A stretch of 64,000 nucleotides of DNA from an uncultured Gammaproteobacteria bacterium (GCA_963827755.1 CAWHCQ010000009.1:54464-118463); one strand, 5' to 3'. Numbered from the stretch's first letter, positions 40,458-50,392 are shown. Notes: generated by a model not told the origin, from the letters alone. Translations and numbers: made by a program.

Positions 40458-40955
40458 CTAACCGAGAACCTGTGGGTTGAGTTGCCAAAGGGAATAATTC
40501 AGTGCAGCTGCGAAACTGACCCACAGCAGGTAAGGGATGAGCAGCGCACCGGCAAGCGGGCGCACGCGCCAGAAAGACACCAGGGTGGCCACGATAAGGA
40601 TCCACAGCACCAGGATGTCGGCGAACGACAGAACGCCGAGGTGCCAGGCAAAGAAAAGCCAACTCCAGACTGCGTTGAACGCAAGCTGCAAAAGAAACAA
40701 AACAAGCGCTTGCCGATTGGCACGGAATCCACCGCAACGCCATACCAACCAGGCGGCGATGCCCATCAAGGCATACAGAACCGTCCACACCGGACCAAAA
40801 ACCCATGGCGGCGGCGCCCAAACAGGCTGGGCAAGCTGGGCGTAGAAAGACCCGGCCTGTATTGAGGCCACGGCACCAACGGCAGAGGCAGCGAAGCTCA
40901 GCACCAGCCAACCGACAAGCCCCAGGATCTGCTTTTGCATAGACAGTGATGACAT
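40458..40955 (-). CDS. tspO: TspO/MBR tryptophan-rich sensory protein
   Basis: WAPPPWVFGPVWTVLY, PYLLWVSFAAALN. Confidence 0.92.
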   Translation of the reverse strand: MSSLSMQKQILGLVGWLVLSFAASAVGAVASIQAGSFYAQLAQPVWAPPPWVFGPVWTVLYALMGIAAWLVWRCGGFRANRQALVLFLLQLAFNAVWSWLFFAWHLGVLSFADILVLWILIVATLVSFWRVRPLAGALLIPYLLWVSFAAALNYSLWQLNPQVLG

Positions 40956-40997
40956 ATGGATCTCCGTTTTGTTGCCTGACATTGTATTTCGTTAAAC

Positions 40998-41049
40998 GGT
41001 GTCAGAGCACATTTTCCACTTATATTAGTGTTAAATGTGCTCTGACACC
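40998..41049. repeat. Family A element
   Basis: GGTGTCAGAGCACATTT..AAATGTGCTCTGACACC. Confidence 0.92.
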
Positions 41050-41057
41050 CTTTCCTT

Positions 41058-41627
41058 CTAGATCAATCCTGTTTTTCTCATTTCCCAAAAACATTTTTCC
41101 GTCGCAGCAATATCAACAGAAGCATCATGTGCATTCTCAAAGTCCTTGCCAAATAATTTGGCATGTAATTCTGATAATTTTGGCCACTTATAACCATAAG
41201 GGCCGGAAAGCTGGCAGTAGTCGGTAGAGGACTGCATGGTGCAGAGTTTGGTTTTTTGTTCAAAGCTGGATCGAATTCCCTTTCTCAGAAACTCTGCCCC
41301 CACAATTTTCTCATCAAAACTCATGTTGTGAGCAACAATAAACCCGGCCTTCTCAACCAATTCATTAAAAAGGTTCAGCACCTTGTCAAGAACCTCTCCT
41401 TCATTGATTGCTTTTTCTGTGGTAATCCCATGAACTCTTGATGCCTCCAGGGGTATTACAAAGTTTTCCGGTCGAATAATAAAATCGGCAGATTCGATAC
41501 GCTTGCCCCTGTCATCTGACAATATCCAGGCAACTTGAATCATCCTGGGCCAATTGTCCAAATCCGTCACCGGAGCTTTCCAATTGCGAGGAAGACCGGT
41601 TGTCTCTGTGTCAAAGAATAGATACAT
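41058..41627 (-). CDS. DEDDh 3'-5' exonuclease
   Basis: FFDTETTG, VAHNMSFD, AHDASVD. Confidence 0.9.
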   Translation of the reverse strand: MYLFFDTETTGLPRNWKAPVTDLDNWPRMIQVAWILSDDRGKRIESADFIIRPENFVIPLEASRVHGITTEKAINEGEVLDKVLNLFNELVEKAGFIVAHNMSFDEKIVGAEFLRKGIRSSFEQKTKLCTMQSSTDYCQLSGPYGYKWPKLSELHAKLFGKDFENAHDASVDIAATEKCFWEMRKTGLI

Positions 41628-41657
41628 CCTGTTGCTCCACTGTGTTTGTAATCCGAC

Positions 41658-41713
41658 AAAAGGGGCCGGATACAATTTTCGAGTTTAATCAGAAAATGTA
41701 TTCGGCCCCTTTT
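41658..41713. repeat. Family B element
   Basis: AAAAGGGGCCGGATACAATTTTCGAGTTTAATCAGAAAATGTATTCGGCCCCTTTT. Confidence 0.92.
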
Positions 41714-41767
41714 CCATTCAAATGCATCTGTTTTGCCTACAACGATCATTTACATTCTCATAAAGAG

Positions 41768-41842
41768 GTCTAACCTACCGCATCAGCGGCCAGACCAGAA
41801 GCGTAGCGAGTGGTCTGGTCCGACTGCATGCGTGTGTTAGAG
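41768..41842 (-). mobile_element. Integron attC site of the DUF429 cassette
   Basis: Minus strand: CTCTAAC containing the stop codon ... GTTAGAC; internal stem CAGACCA/TGGTCTG. Confidence 0.85.
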
Positions 41843-42571
41843 AGCACGTTCATTTGGTTGCTCCGTGAAAACTATTTCCATTGGTAGCCCCTTAGAATCG
41901 ATACTTGGTGCAACTGGAATGGTTTGTAGGGCGTCATCAGAGGTGCAAGCCACTACCATTGCAACAAGCGCATCCAATATATCATCACGCGCCACTTCTT
42001 TTCGAAGATATGTATTTAATACCTCGTCAACTAAATCACTTATGTTAGGAACAAATTTTCTCAACAAAAGCAATCTGTCTTCGAAACCATCTTCAGTCTT
42101 CTTGCTACTGACTACTGAGCTACGATCGTTCAAGGCCCAAAAGCATACTTCTGGATGAACTTCCCTAATAGACATGTTGTGATCCTGGTTTAGTAAAAAG
42201 TCGTCTAGCTCCTTTATCTTTGGTGTAATTGCAAAGGCTTGTATGCTAAGTTTTTTACCAATGGCTTTAAAGCTGATTTCTTTTGCTTCTTCATAGCTGC
42301 TCGCTTTCAGCACGGGTCGGCAAGGTGCAGAAAATACCGATGAGGCCTTAGCGCCACCAAGTAGCTTTCGAGCTCCTACATCACAGCTTCGGCCTGTAGA
42401 ACCTTGATCCACCAAGCCGATTGGTATGTCTATAAAAACTCTAGAATCTTCAGGAAGAGAGATTGCCAGATTGTGAATGCTTCTAGCTATTCCATGCGAA
42501 ATATTTTTTCCATCCCTACGAAAGTAAAACCATCCGGCTTTACATCCATCCATGCCAACTGCTGTGCTCAT
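41837..42571 (-). CDS. DUF429 domain protein (gene cassette)
   Basis: GMDGCKAGW, IDIPIGL, EVHPEVCF, DDILDAL; low GC. Confidence 0.88.
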   Translation of the reverse strand: MSTAVGMDGCKAGWFYFRRDGKNISHGIARSIHNLAISLPEDSRVFIDIPIGLVDQGSTGRSCDVGARKLLGGAKASSVFSAPCRPVLKASSYEEAKEISFKAIGKKLSIQAFAITPKIKELDDFLLNQDHNMSIREVHPEVCFWALNDRSSVVSSKKTEDGFEDRLLLLRKFVPNISDLVDEVLNTYLRKEVARDDILDALVAMVVACTSDDALQTIPVAPSIDSKGLPMEIVFTEQPNERAL

Positions 42572-42578
42572 AAGTGCT

Positions 42579-42613
42579 CTCTAACGTTTCGCCTCAGTCG
42601 CGCGGCGTAGCCG
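42579..42613 (-). mobile_element. Truncated attC
   Basis: CTAACGTTTCGCCTCAGTCGCGCGGCGTAGCCG, homologous to complete sites at 52844 and 61542. Confidence 0.75.
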
Positions 42614-42625
42614 TATCGAACGAGA

Positions 42626-42692
42626 TCAATAGGGTCAGATTCCTTTGATCCGTCAACTACTAGTCAAATCAATCGAGTCTGACCCTGGTTGA
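42626..42692. repeat. Family C element
   Basis: TCAATAGGGTCAGATTCCTTTGATC..ATCAATCGAGTCTGACCCTGGTTGA. Confidence 0.88.
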
Positions 42693-42748
42693 CAGAAATC
42701 CTCCCAATGCTGCCGGCATCGCTCGTCGTGCTGATGCCGCCAGTCAAT

Positions 42749-42808
42749 AAAGGGTGTCAGAGCACAATTAATTCTAATATTAGGGGAAAATGTGCTCCGA
42801 CACCCTTT
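42749..42808. repeat. Family A element
   Basis: AAAGGGTGTCAGAGCACA..TGTGCTCCGACACCCTTT. Confidence 0.9.
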
Positions 42809-42882
42809 TTTTCGATATATGATAAGTGCGCGATTTCAACTCCAGGTATCAGCAACTCGAATCGGATAACGGGAAACAGAAC

Positions 42883-43935
42883 ATGCACTATTCAACACTG
42901 GGACACAGCGGCATCAAGGTTTCGCGGGTCTGCCTGGGCAGCATGACCTGGGGATTACAGAACAACCAGCAAGATGCCAACCAACAGATCGATTACGCCA
43001 TCGACCGCGGTGTCAACTTCATCGATACCGCCGAGATGTATGCCATACCCCCATCGGCAGATACCTACGGGCGTACGGAAACCATCATCGGCAACTGGCT
43101 GGCGGACCATCCCGGCAAACGCGATACCCTGGTCGTGGCCACAAAAATCGCCGGCGAGGGTTTAGCGTGGATCCGGGATGGCGGGCCGATTACCGGCGAT
43201 GCCGTGGTCACGGCCGTCGAACAATCCCTGGCCCGTCTGCAAACCGACTACATCGATGTATTCCAGCTGCACTGGCCAAACCACCCCTTCGCGCATTTTG
43301 GCCGCCATTGGCCGAACGATGTTTGTTTCAGCAAAACCGACGCCGGCCAGGCCGTCGAGGGCATGCACGATATATTGAATGGTTTAGCGCGTTGTGTTGA
43401 CGCGGGAAAAATACGCTTCTGCGGTTTATCCGACGATTCGCCCTGGGGTATCAACAAATATATCGAACTGGCCGGGGCGCACGAGCTGCCGCGCATCACC
43501 TCGATCCAGAACGAATTCAACCTGCTCCATCATATCGACTACCCGCATACCATCGAAACCTGCGTGATGGAGCAAGTAGCCTATTTGCCGTGGTCGCCAT
43601 TGGGTGGCGGCGTGCTGAGCGGAAAATACCTGAACGGCCAGCGCCCCGAGGGCAGCCGCTGGACCATATCGCAGCGCATGGGACTGATCAGGGAGGGGGA
43701 GCAAGTCGACGCCGCAGTGGCTGCGTACAAGGCGGTTGCCGAACAACACGGGATCAGCATCGCGCAACTGGCATTAAAATGGTGTGACCAGGTTGACGGG
43801 GTTACATCGACCATCATAGGCGCCACGTCGCTCGAGCAACTTCGCGAAGACCTGGACGCTTTTGAAATCGATTACAGCGAGGCCCTGGCGGATGAGGTTA
43901 GCAAGGTGTTAAAGCGGCACGCATTGCCTTTTTAA
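42883..43935 (+). CDS. Aldo/keto reductase (Tas-like)
   Basis: CLGSMTWG, NFIDTAEMY, LQTDYID..QLHWP, WSPLGGGVLSGKY. Confidence 0.92.
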   Translation: MHYSTLGHSGIKVSRVCLGSMTWGLQNNQQDANQQIDYAIDRGVNFIDTAEMYAIPPSADTYGRTETIIGNWLADHPGKRDTLVVATKIAGEGLAWIRDGGPITGDAVVTAVEQSLARLQTDYIDVFQLHWPNHPFAHFGRHWPNDVCFSKTDAGQAVEGMHDILNGLARCVDAGKIRFCGLSDDSPWGINKYIELAGAHELPRITSIQNEFNLLHHIDYPHTIETCVMEQVAYLPWSPLGGGVLSGKYLNGQRPEGSRWTISQRMGLIREGEQVDAAVAAYKAVAEQHGISIAQLALKWCDQVDGVTSTIIGATSLEQLREDLDAFEIDYSEALADEVSKVLKRHALPF

Positions 43936-43991
43936 GGGTGTCAGAGCACATTTAATTCTAATATTAGGAAAAAATGTGCTCTGACACGCTT
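43934..43991. repeat. Family A element overlapping the AKR stop codon
   Basis: TAAGGGTGTCAGAGCACATTT..AAATGTGCTCTGACACGCTT. Confidence 0.9.
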
Positions 43992-43999
43992 TTTTCATC

Positions 44000-44022
44000 A
44001 AAACGGCCCCCGAAGGGGCCGC
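44000..44022 (-). terminator. Intrinsic terminator of the spondin gene
   Basis: GCGGCCCC-TTCG-GGGGCCGTTTT on the minus strand. Confidence 0.75.
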
Positions 44023-44040
44023 AAATACCTATCTACAGGG

Positions 44041-44802
44041 TTAGTGCCCCTTTCCAATAGTAATGACGACCCTGGCCACCGGGTTGTTCCACTGGTGCAC
44101 TGCACTGTCCAGATCGCTGGTGCCACCGATGGGGTCTGCGTCACCAACAATACCGCGATGCACATGCACGGTCGCGTTATAGTCAGCACCCGTTACGCCG
44201 CTGCCGCCCGTGCCGCTGTTACCACCGGGATCGGCAGGAATGCCGGGTATACCGGGCATGCCACCGCCACTGATGACTTCATCATTGGCTTCGGTGCCGG
44301 CGTCATAGCCATTAAGATAGTAGGTATAGGTGCCCCGCTTCTTGGGGATTCGTATTGCATCGAGCCCGACAAAACCATCATTGGTCGGCAACATCATGGC
44401 AGCCAGTGACAGGAATTTGTTTTGTCCGCGCGCCATCAACGTGGCACTGGCAGATGCGCCCGGCGCCAGTAAACCACCGGCCGGGTTGACGACGTTATTG
44501 GCACCCAGGGCTGCAAGATCTGTATCAAGCCCGGAAATTTCACCCCCCTCGGCCATGGCCTGCAGGCTGGATGAAGCGGCTGTCCCTGCCTGGAACATAT
44601 GGGTATCTGCATTGTGTGCCGATACCAGCAACGGCGTGAAATAAATTGCATTGGTCAGGTTGGTGACCTCGATGCTCATATGGCGATTGCCTGCCATGGC
44701 GTTCATCGAGCCGAGGCTGGCGGCGGCCAACAGGCCGATCATCAACTTTTTCAGGGCGGTACCCGTGAGGCATGCGCGCCCCGGCGTATTGAATGTATTC
44801 AT
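44041..44802 (-). CDS. Spondin_N domain secreted protein
   Basis: TNLT..FTP, MAEGG, MLPTNDGFVG, YDAGTEANDE. Confidence 0.88.
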   Translation of the reverse strand: MNTFNTPGRACLTGTALKKLMIGLLAAASLGSMNAMAGNRHMSIEVTNLTNAIYFTPLLVSAHNADTHMFQAGTAASSSLQAMAEGGEISGLDTDLAALGANNVVNPAGGLLAPGASASATLMARGQNKFLSLAAMMLPTNDGFVGLDAIRIPKKRGTYTYYLNGYDAGTEANDEVISGGGMPGIPGIPADPGGNSGTGGSGVTGADYNATVHVHRGIVGDADPIGGTSDLDSAVHQWNNPVARVVITIGKGH

Positions 44803-44926
44803 AACTGAACTCTCCTTTTATATTTTTCCATTAAGGGGAGTTCATTATCAGGAGACAGCATCACGTGGCCGTCCCGAAAATATCACAATTTGGTAACACT
44901 GAAGATTACAGATTAGTTGAATAAAT

Positions 44927-45133
44927 GGCTCTTCCCCGAATCGAGTGGGTAGATTACCGTTGTAGGGCCGAATTCATTCGGCCAACAGCCATTATTTCCA
45001 TTTGAGACAAGCAGGTCACCATGTCCTGTGACGCATTTGCAGGGCCGAATTCATTCGGCCAATAACCTTGCCATCAGAAGGAACGCATCTTGTCTAAATT
45101 GATTGATTTACCCGCTCAATCAGGGGAAGAGCC
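44927..45133. mobile_element. MITE with GGCTCTTCCCC terminal inverted repeats carrying REPs
   Basis: TIRs; flanks GAATAAAT / GGATAAAT (8 bp, 1 mismatch); two GGGCCGAATTCATTCGGCC inside. Confidence 0.75.
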
Positions 45134-45154
45134 GGATAAATAAAGCTGCTGCCT

Positions 45155-46618
45155 TTATACCGGGATGCGGAATGAAAAGGTTGTGCCCCTTTCGACCTCA
45201 CTGCTGACCTTGATGGCGCTGCCATGCAGGTCGAGAATACGCTTCACAATGGCAAGACCCAGGCCGGCGCTGTTGCCGGCGTAACGGTTCTTGTCCTGCT
45301 GATAGAATCGGTCGAAAATTCTCGGCACATCTTCCGCAGGGATTCCACAACCGCTATCCGCCACCTGCACAACAACATTACCCGAATCCACATCGACACC
45401 AACATGGATACTGCCCCCTGCCGGCGTATGACGCAATCCGTTTTCCAGCAGGTTCTCCAGTACCCGCTGCATCATGGCGATGTCGCCATAAACCAGCGGC
45501 GCCTCCGGATTCAGGCTGGCGTTGAGCCGGATCGACTTTTCCCTGGCACGCAACTGGAATTTCTGCGTGACATCCTGCACCAGTTCGCACATCGAAAAAG
45601 GCTCGGAATAGACCACGGATTCGCAGGAGTCCAGCCGGGCCAGTTCAAACAACTCCTCCACCATCTGGCCCAGACGCTGGCAGTGACTGAGAGCCGTTTG
45701 CAGGTATTGCTGTTGTTCCTCCCTGGACAGTTCCGCATGCTTGAGCTGTAAGGTTTCAAGATAGCCGCGCATGGTTGTCAACGGGGTGCGCAGATCATGC
45801 GAGATGTTGGCAACCATCTCACGACGCAGGCCATCCATCTGCATGAGTTCGTTAATCTGGGATGTGATCTTGTCGGCCATGGCATTGAACTGCTGGCCGA
45901 GGACATCAATTTCATCATTCGTGTTGCCCGCATAGCGGATAGCCAGACTGCCGTCACCTCTTTCCCCGGCATAACGGCGCATGGCATTTCCAAGCATCCG
46001 CAGGCGGCGTGTCTGCAAGGCAAAGATCGCCAGCCCGGCTGTCAATGCCGCCGCCAGGGCGACCAGCAACACCAGCAGCGCGGAATCCAGGATATGGCTG
46101 TTACCGAGCATCTGTACAACATTGTCATACTGCTCACCACCCAGCACGATATACAGATAACCCTGCAAGCCGTCCTCGTTGACAATGCGGGCTGCGGAAA
46201 ATACTTTACGGCCGGCTGGGTTGCGCGGGTCATCCCCCTTCAGTGGAAACCTGGCGCTGCCGTCGAGAAACTTCCTGACGGGCTCCAGTGCAACCTGCGT
46301 TCGCTTGACCTTCCCCTCGGGCGCTGAATAGCCAAGTACGCTACCTTGCTCGTCCAGCAGGTATAACTCGATGCTGGGATTGATCACCATCAACTGGTGA
46401 AACAGGTGGTCCAGTGCCTGGTTATTAATCTTGTGGTCCTGGATCAATGTTTGTTCGGCAACTATATGGGAAGCCAGCTCACGGTTGAGTTTCTGTGCGA
46501 CTTCCTGCTGGTACAGGGTACTCGAATGTCCAATGACCTGGACCAGCATGATGCCAACCAGGCACAGCAGGATAAACAGTGTCAGTGCAAGCCTGCTGTA
46601 CAAGGTTGTTAACATCAC
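45155..46618 (-). CDS. HAMP sensor histidine kinase
   Basis: ISHDLRTPLT, NLLENG, DSGCGI, GLGLAIV. Confidence 0.93.
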   Translation of the reverse strand: MMLTTLYSRLALTLFILLCLVGIMLVQVIGHSSTLYQQEVAQKLNRELASHIVAEQTLIQDHKINNQALDHLFHQLMVINPSIELYLLDEQGSVLGYSAPEGKVKRTQVALEPVRKFLDGSARFPLKGDDPRNPAGRKVFSAARIVNEDGLQGYLYIVLGGEQYDNVVQMLGNSHILDSALLVLLVALAAALTAGLAIFALQTRRLRMLGNAMRRYAGERGDGSLAIRYAGNTNDEIDVLGQQFNAMADKITSQINELMQMDGLRREMVANISHDLRTPLTTMRGYLETLQLKHAELSREEQQQYLQTALSHCQRLGQMVEELFELARLDSCESVVYSEPFSMCELVQDVTQKFQLRAREKSIRLNASLNPEAPLVYGDIAMMQRVLENLLENGLRHTPAGGSIHVGVDVDSGNVVVQVADSGCGIPAEDVPRIFDRFYQQDKNRYAGNSAGLGLAIVKRILDLHGSAIKVSSEVERGTTFSFRIPV

Positions 46619-47337
46619 GCGCTGACCTGCCCGAATTCATTCTCATTGAACTTGTAACCAATACCCCAGACAGTAATTATATAGCGTGGCTTTGCCGGGT
46701 CTGCCTCGATCTTTGCACGCAGACGATTGATGTGGGAATTCACGGTGTGTTCATAGCCGGCATGCCCATAACCCCATACGCTGTCCAGTAGCTGGTTGCG
46801 GGTAAAGACATGCCCGGGATTGCTGGCGAAATGCCATAACAGATCGAACTCCTTGGCCGTGAGTTTAATTTCGTTGTCACCGAGCTGCACCTGGCGCTTG
46901 TCCGGATCCACGCGCAAGTCACCGAACTGCAACGGTGCGCCGGCCTGTGTTGCCTGTGAGGGTTGATATTGATCGGACCTGCGCAATATCGCATTAACGC
47001 GCGCCACCAGTTCCGGGACGCTGAACGGCTTGGTGAGGTAATCATCCGCGCCCACTTCAAGCCCAAGCACGCGGTCCAGCTCGGTAGTCCTGGCAGTCAG
47101 CATCAATACCGGGGTATAGACCATCTCGTTGCGCAGACGCCGGCAAATATCAAGGCCATCCATGCCCGGCAACATCAGGTCCAGTATCACCAGGTGGTAT
47201 TGCCCGGTCAGCGCCATTTGCAGGCCAGCCGTACCATCGGCCGCATGATCGACGTGCATCTGCTTGCCTTGCAGATTCAGCATCACCAGGCGGGCTATGT
47301 CCGCATTGTCCTCGATGACAAGAATATTTTTTTTCAT
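46615..47337 (-). CDS. OmpR-family response regulator
   Basis: ILVIED, LDLMLPG, GADDYLTKPF, winged HTH. Confidence 0.93.
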   Translation of the reverse strand: MKKNILVIEDNADIARLVMLNLQGKQMHVDHAADGTAGLQMALTGQYHLVILDLMLPGMDGLDICRRLRNEMVYTPVLMLTARTTELDRVLGLEVGADDYLTKPFSVPELVARVNAILRRSDQYQPSQATQAGAPLQFGDLRVDPDKRQVQLGDNEIKLTAKEFDLLWHFASNPGHVFTRNQLLDSVWGYGHAGYEHTVNSHINRLRAKIEADPAKPRYIITVWGIGYKFNENEFGQVSA

Positions 47338-47528
47338 CGTCGCAGGCAGTGCAACCCGAACGGCTTGCCGCAGGTTCACCGATATCATCATTTCCGGCAG
47401 TCTATCAGGCACGTATCACAGAAACATCACAATTACAGGATCAGCACTGAATAATGGGGATGGAGGAATTACTTTTATCATCCCCATTGGGACTGCATCC
47501 GGATGACAGATGACGATAAAACACCGCG

Positions 47529-47575
47529 GGCCGAATGAATTCGACCCTACTGCAGGGCCGAATTCATTCGGCCAA
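47529..47575. repeat. REP doublet
   Basis: GGCCGAATGAATTCGACCCTAC TGCAGGGCCGAATTCATTCGGCC. Confidence 0.75.
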
Positions 47576-47580
47576 AACAA

Positions 47581-47637
47581 AAGGTGTCAGAGCACATTTA
47601 TAGCTCATATTAGGTGAAAATGTGCTCTGACACCCTT
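47581..47637. repeat. Family A element
   Basis: AAGGTGTCAGAGCACATTT..AAATGTGCTCTGACACCCTT. Confidence 0.92.
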
Positions 47638-47671
47638 TACTTCTGACCGAGTTGAACGGCCTTGTTATGTT

Positions 47672-48115
47672 TCATTCCTTGGTAAGAACATATTTTAAAA
47701 TTTCTACAACTTGCCCTGGTGTTTTAGCCCATGCCATGGCCGAAGCATCGACTTCCTTGAGAGGATGTATTATGTCCTCGCCATGAAGGGTAATGTACGG
47801 GGTACCCAATGCAGCACAAACACCAGCGTCAAAAGCTGCATTCCACTGTTTATACTTGTCCCCGAAACGGACTACAGCTACATCACAGTTTTCGATAAGT
47901 GTTTTGGTTCGTATTGCATTAACTTTCGCTGATTTGTGATCACGCCAAAAGTTATCGTCTTCTGCGCCAAGCAGGTCGCCTGCACTGTCGCTGGCTTGAT
48001 GATCAGTGACAGCAGACGTGAAAACAACCGGTAGTTTATGCGCCTCACAACCGTCTTTTAATTGTTGTCTCCAGTCGGTATGTATTTCACCAGAGAGATA
48101 TACATTCAATTCCAT
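47672..48115 (-). CDS. YtoQ family protein
   Basis: VYLSGEIHTDWR, FGDKYKQWNAAFDAG, HPLKEVD. Confidence 0.9.
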   Translation of the reverse strand: MELNVYLSGEIHTDWRQQLKDGCEAHKLPVVFTSAVTDHQASDSAGDLLGAEDDNFWRDHKSAKVNAIRTKTLIENCDVAVVRFGDKYKQWNAAFDAGVCAALGTPYITLHGEDIIHPLKEVDASAMAWAKTPGQVVEILKYVLTKE

Positions 48116-48191
48116 GTTTTTTTCCTTTGCTATTCGATAATCACTATCATTCTATCGGTCTTTTGGAAACCTGATAGTATATTAAATCAAT

Positions 48192-48615
48192 GGCTCTTCC
48201 CCTGATCGGGTGGGTAACACATCAATTCAGGCTGTTGGGCCGAATGAATTCGGCCCTGCAACGGTAATCTACCCATGCCGATCAGGGGAAGAGACATATT
48301 CCTTCTAATGGCAAGGTTGTTGGCCCTGCTCAGTCAGGCCTGTAGGGTCGAATTCATTGCGACCAGCGGTGTTTCATCGTCATCACTGATCCAAAGGTGG
48401 CGACCACGGATAAACATGGTGATGCACTAGACTTGATGGTGCGGGGAATGACACCCCTGCGCAATGCGTCGTAGGCCGGTTGGCCGAATGAATTCGGCCC
48501 TACAAATGCGACACAGGACATGGTGACCTGCTTGTCTCCAGTGGCAATAATGGCTGTTGGCCGAATGAATTCGGCCCTACAACGGTTATCTACCCACCCG
48601 ATTTGGGGAAGAGCC
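48192..48615. mobile_element. Composite MITE with GGCTCTTCCCC TIRs carrying REPs
   Basis: Flanks AAATCAAT / AAATCAAC; extra internal right end at about 48295; shares internal sequence, inverted, with 44927-45133. Confidence 0.75.
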
Positions 48616-48617
48616 AA

Positions 48618-48682
48618 ATCAACAGGGTCAGACTTCTTTGATCCGTCAACTATTAGTCAAATCAACCGAGTCTGTCCCTATT
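48618..48682. repeat. Family C element overlapping the rmuC 3' end
   Basis: ATCAACAGGGTCAGACTTCTTTGATCCGTCAACTATTAGTCAAATCAACCGAGTCTGTCCCTAT. Confidence 0.85.
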
Positions 48683-50151
48683 AGTTCGGCTATTAATTCG
48701 GGATCCGGTGTTTCATCTGTATCGGATTCACGCGCAAGGTCTTGCAATACCCGGGGGATCTGTTTTTTTGCTTTTGCGCCCAGCCTTTCCAGTCGCACGG
48801 TGCGATTAACCAGGTTTCCCTTGCCGCTGGTTAGTCGTTTATGTGCTGTTTGATAAGACTCATCGGCCTTCCCGATATGTTTGCCAACATCTTCCAGTGC
48901 CTCGATAAACATGACAAATTGATCGTGGAGACTACCCGCCTGCCGTGCGATTTCCATGGCATTGCGGCTTTGATATTCATACCGCCATATGTTCTGGATG
49001 ATCTGCAGGGTACCCATGAGCGTGGTCGGACTTACCAGCAGGATCTGCCTGTTGAAGGCTTCATTATATAATCCATTATCATGCTCGAAGGCCAGCAACA
49101 GGGCGGGTTCTATAGGTACGAACATCAATACAAGGTCCAGTGAATTAATGCCGGCCAGGTCAGCGTAATTCTTGCCGCTCAATCCCTTTATATGATTACG
49201 AATAGAGGCAATATGGGCCTTGATTTCACGGTCCCGGATTTCATCGGTGCCGGCCGCGTAATAGCGGTCATAGGCAGCCAGGGATACCTTGGAATCGATT
49301 ACGACATCCTTGCTCTCCGGCAGGTGAACTATGACATCCGGCTGGAATCGTTCACCCTTTTCGTTTTTGAAGCTGCCTTGTATTGCATATTCCCGCCCTT
49401 TCTTCAGGCCGCTTTCCTCGAGGATCCGCTCAAGCTGAATCTCGCCCCAGTTGCCCCTGGTTTTGCTTTCACCCTTTAAGGCATTGGTAAGGTTAATGGC
49501 ATCCTCACTGATCTTTTCGTTAAGTTGCCTGAGAGTTTTAACCTGCTCCAGTAACGAAACCCGATCCCTTGATTCCTTGTCATAAACACTGTCAACCCTT
49601 TCCCTGAATTCCTTCAGCTGGGCCTGAAAAGGATCAAGAATGGTTTCGATACCCGTCTTGCTGGCCTTGCTGAATTTTTCATGTTTTTCCTCGAAAATCC
49701 GGTTGGCAAGGTTTTCAAACTCCCGGGTCAAACGCTGCTCGGCCTGTTCAAGCAGGCGGATCTTTTCCTGCGAGGATTTTCGTTCCTCGCCCAGTGTTGC
49801 CTGCAGTGCCGCAAGCCTGGATTCCAGGCCAGTGTTTACCTGTCGGTATCTCTCGAGCTTTTCCCGTTCAGTGTCGCGCTCGGAAGTTGTATCCGTAAGC
49901 CGGCCGCCCAGGCTGTTCTCCAGCAGGGCCAGTTCGTTATTTTTTGCCGCCAGGCGTTCGTTCAGTATTGCATTGTCGGTAGTATATTGATCCAGCATTT
50001 GCAGGCCTTTGTTGCGCTCTGTTCTGACTGTGTTAAGCCTGTGTACAAGGTAGAACTGCCCTGCGCCCGCAAACGCAATCAGGATCACCGCGATTATCAA
50101 CCACGGGTCGGCAGAAGCCGCTGTAAATGCTGCGAGGAAATCCGGATTCAT
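48646..50151 (-). CDS. rmuC: DNA recombination protein RmuC
   Basis: KTRGNWGEIQLE, PDVIVHLP, IDSKVSL, VLMFVPIE, VSPTTL. Confidence 0.93.
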   Translation of the reverse strand: MNPDFLAAFTAASADPWLIIAVILIAFAGAGQFYLVHRLNTVRTERNKGLQMLDQYTTDNAILNERLAAKNNELALLENSLGGRLTDTTSERDTEREKLERYRQVNTGLESRLAALQATLGEERKSSQEKIRLLEQAEQRLTREFENLANRIFEEKHEKFSKASKTGIETILDPFQAQLKEFRERVDSVYDKESRDRVSLLEQVKTLRQLNEKISEDAINLTNALKGESKTRGNWGEIQLERILEESGLKKGREYAIQGSFKNEKGERFQPDVIVHLPESKDVVIDSKVSLAAYDRYYAAGTDEIRDREIKAHIASIRNHIKGLSGKNYADLAGINSLDLVLMFVPIEPALLLAFEHDNGLYNEAFNRQILLVSPTTLMGTLQIIQNIWRYEYQSRNAMEIARQAGSLHDQFVMFIEALEDVGKHIGKADESYQTAHKRLTSGKGNLVNRTVRLERLGAKAKKQIPRVLQDLARESDTDETPDPELIAELIGTDSVDLTNS

Positions 50152-50392
50152 CTATAAATGCCCTGGTATCCCGGCAGACTCCGCATGTATGCCCACTCGA
50201 TTATCTCCGGCCTACCGGGCTTCATCAAATACAAACACCGGCCGCGCGTCGGCAGGCCGTACCTCACCGTCACTCGATCCACTGACCGCCACCAGGCCGA
50301 CGGGCAGCACGATGCCGGTTGCCAGCAGGAGACGACCAGGATCACGCTCTGTACAAACTCTTCAACGGTCATAACAACACCTCCGATCAAGA

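Noticed and set aside
50148-50372. Possible small gene between the DUF4258-like gene and rmuC
   Set aside because: An RBS and ATG exist near 50372 but the product has no recognisable features; not supportable.
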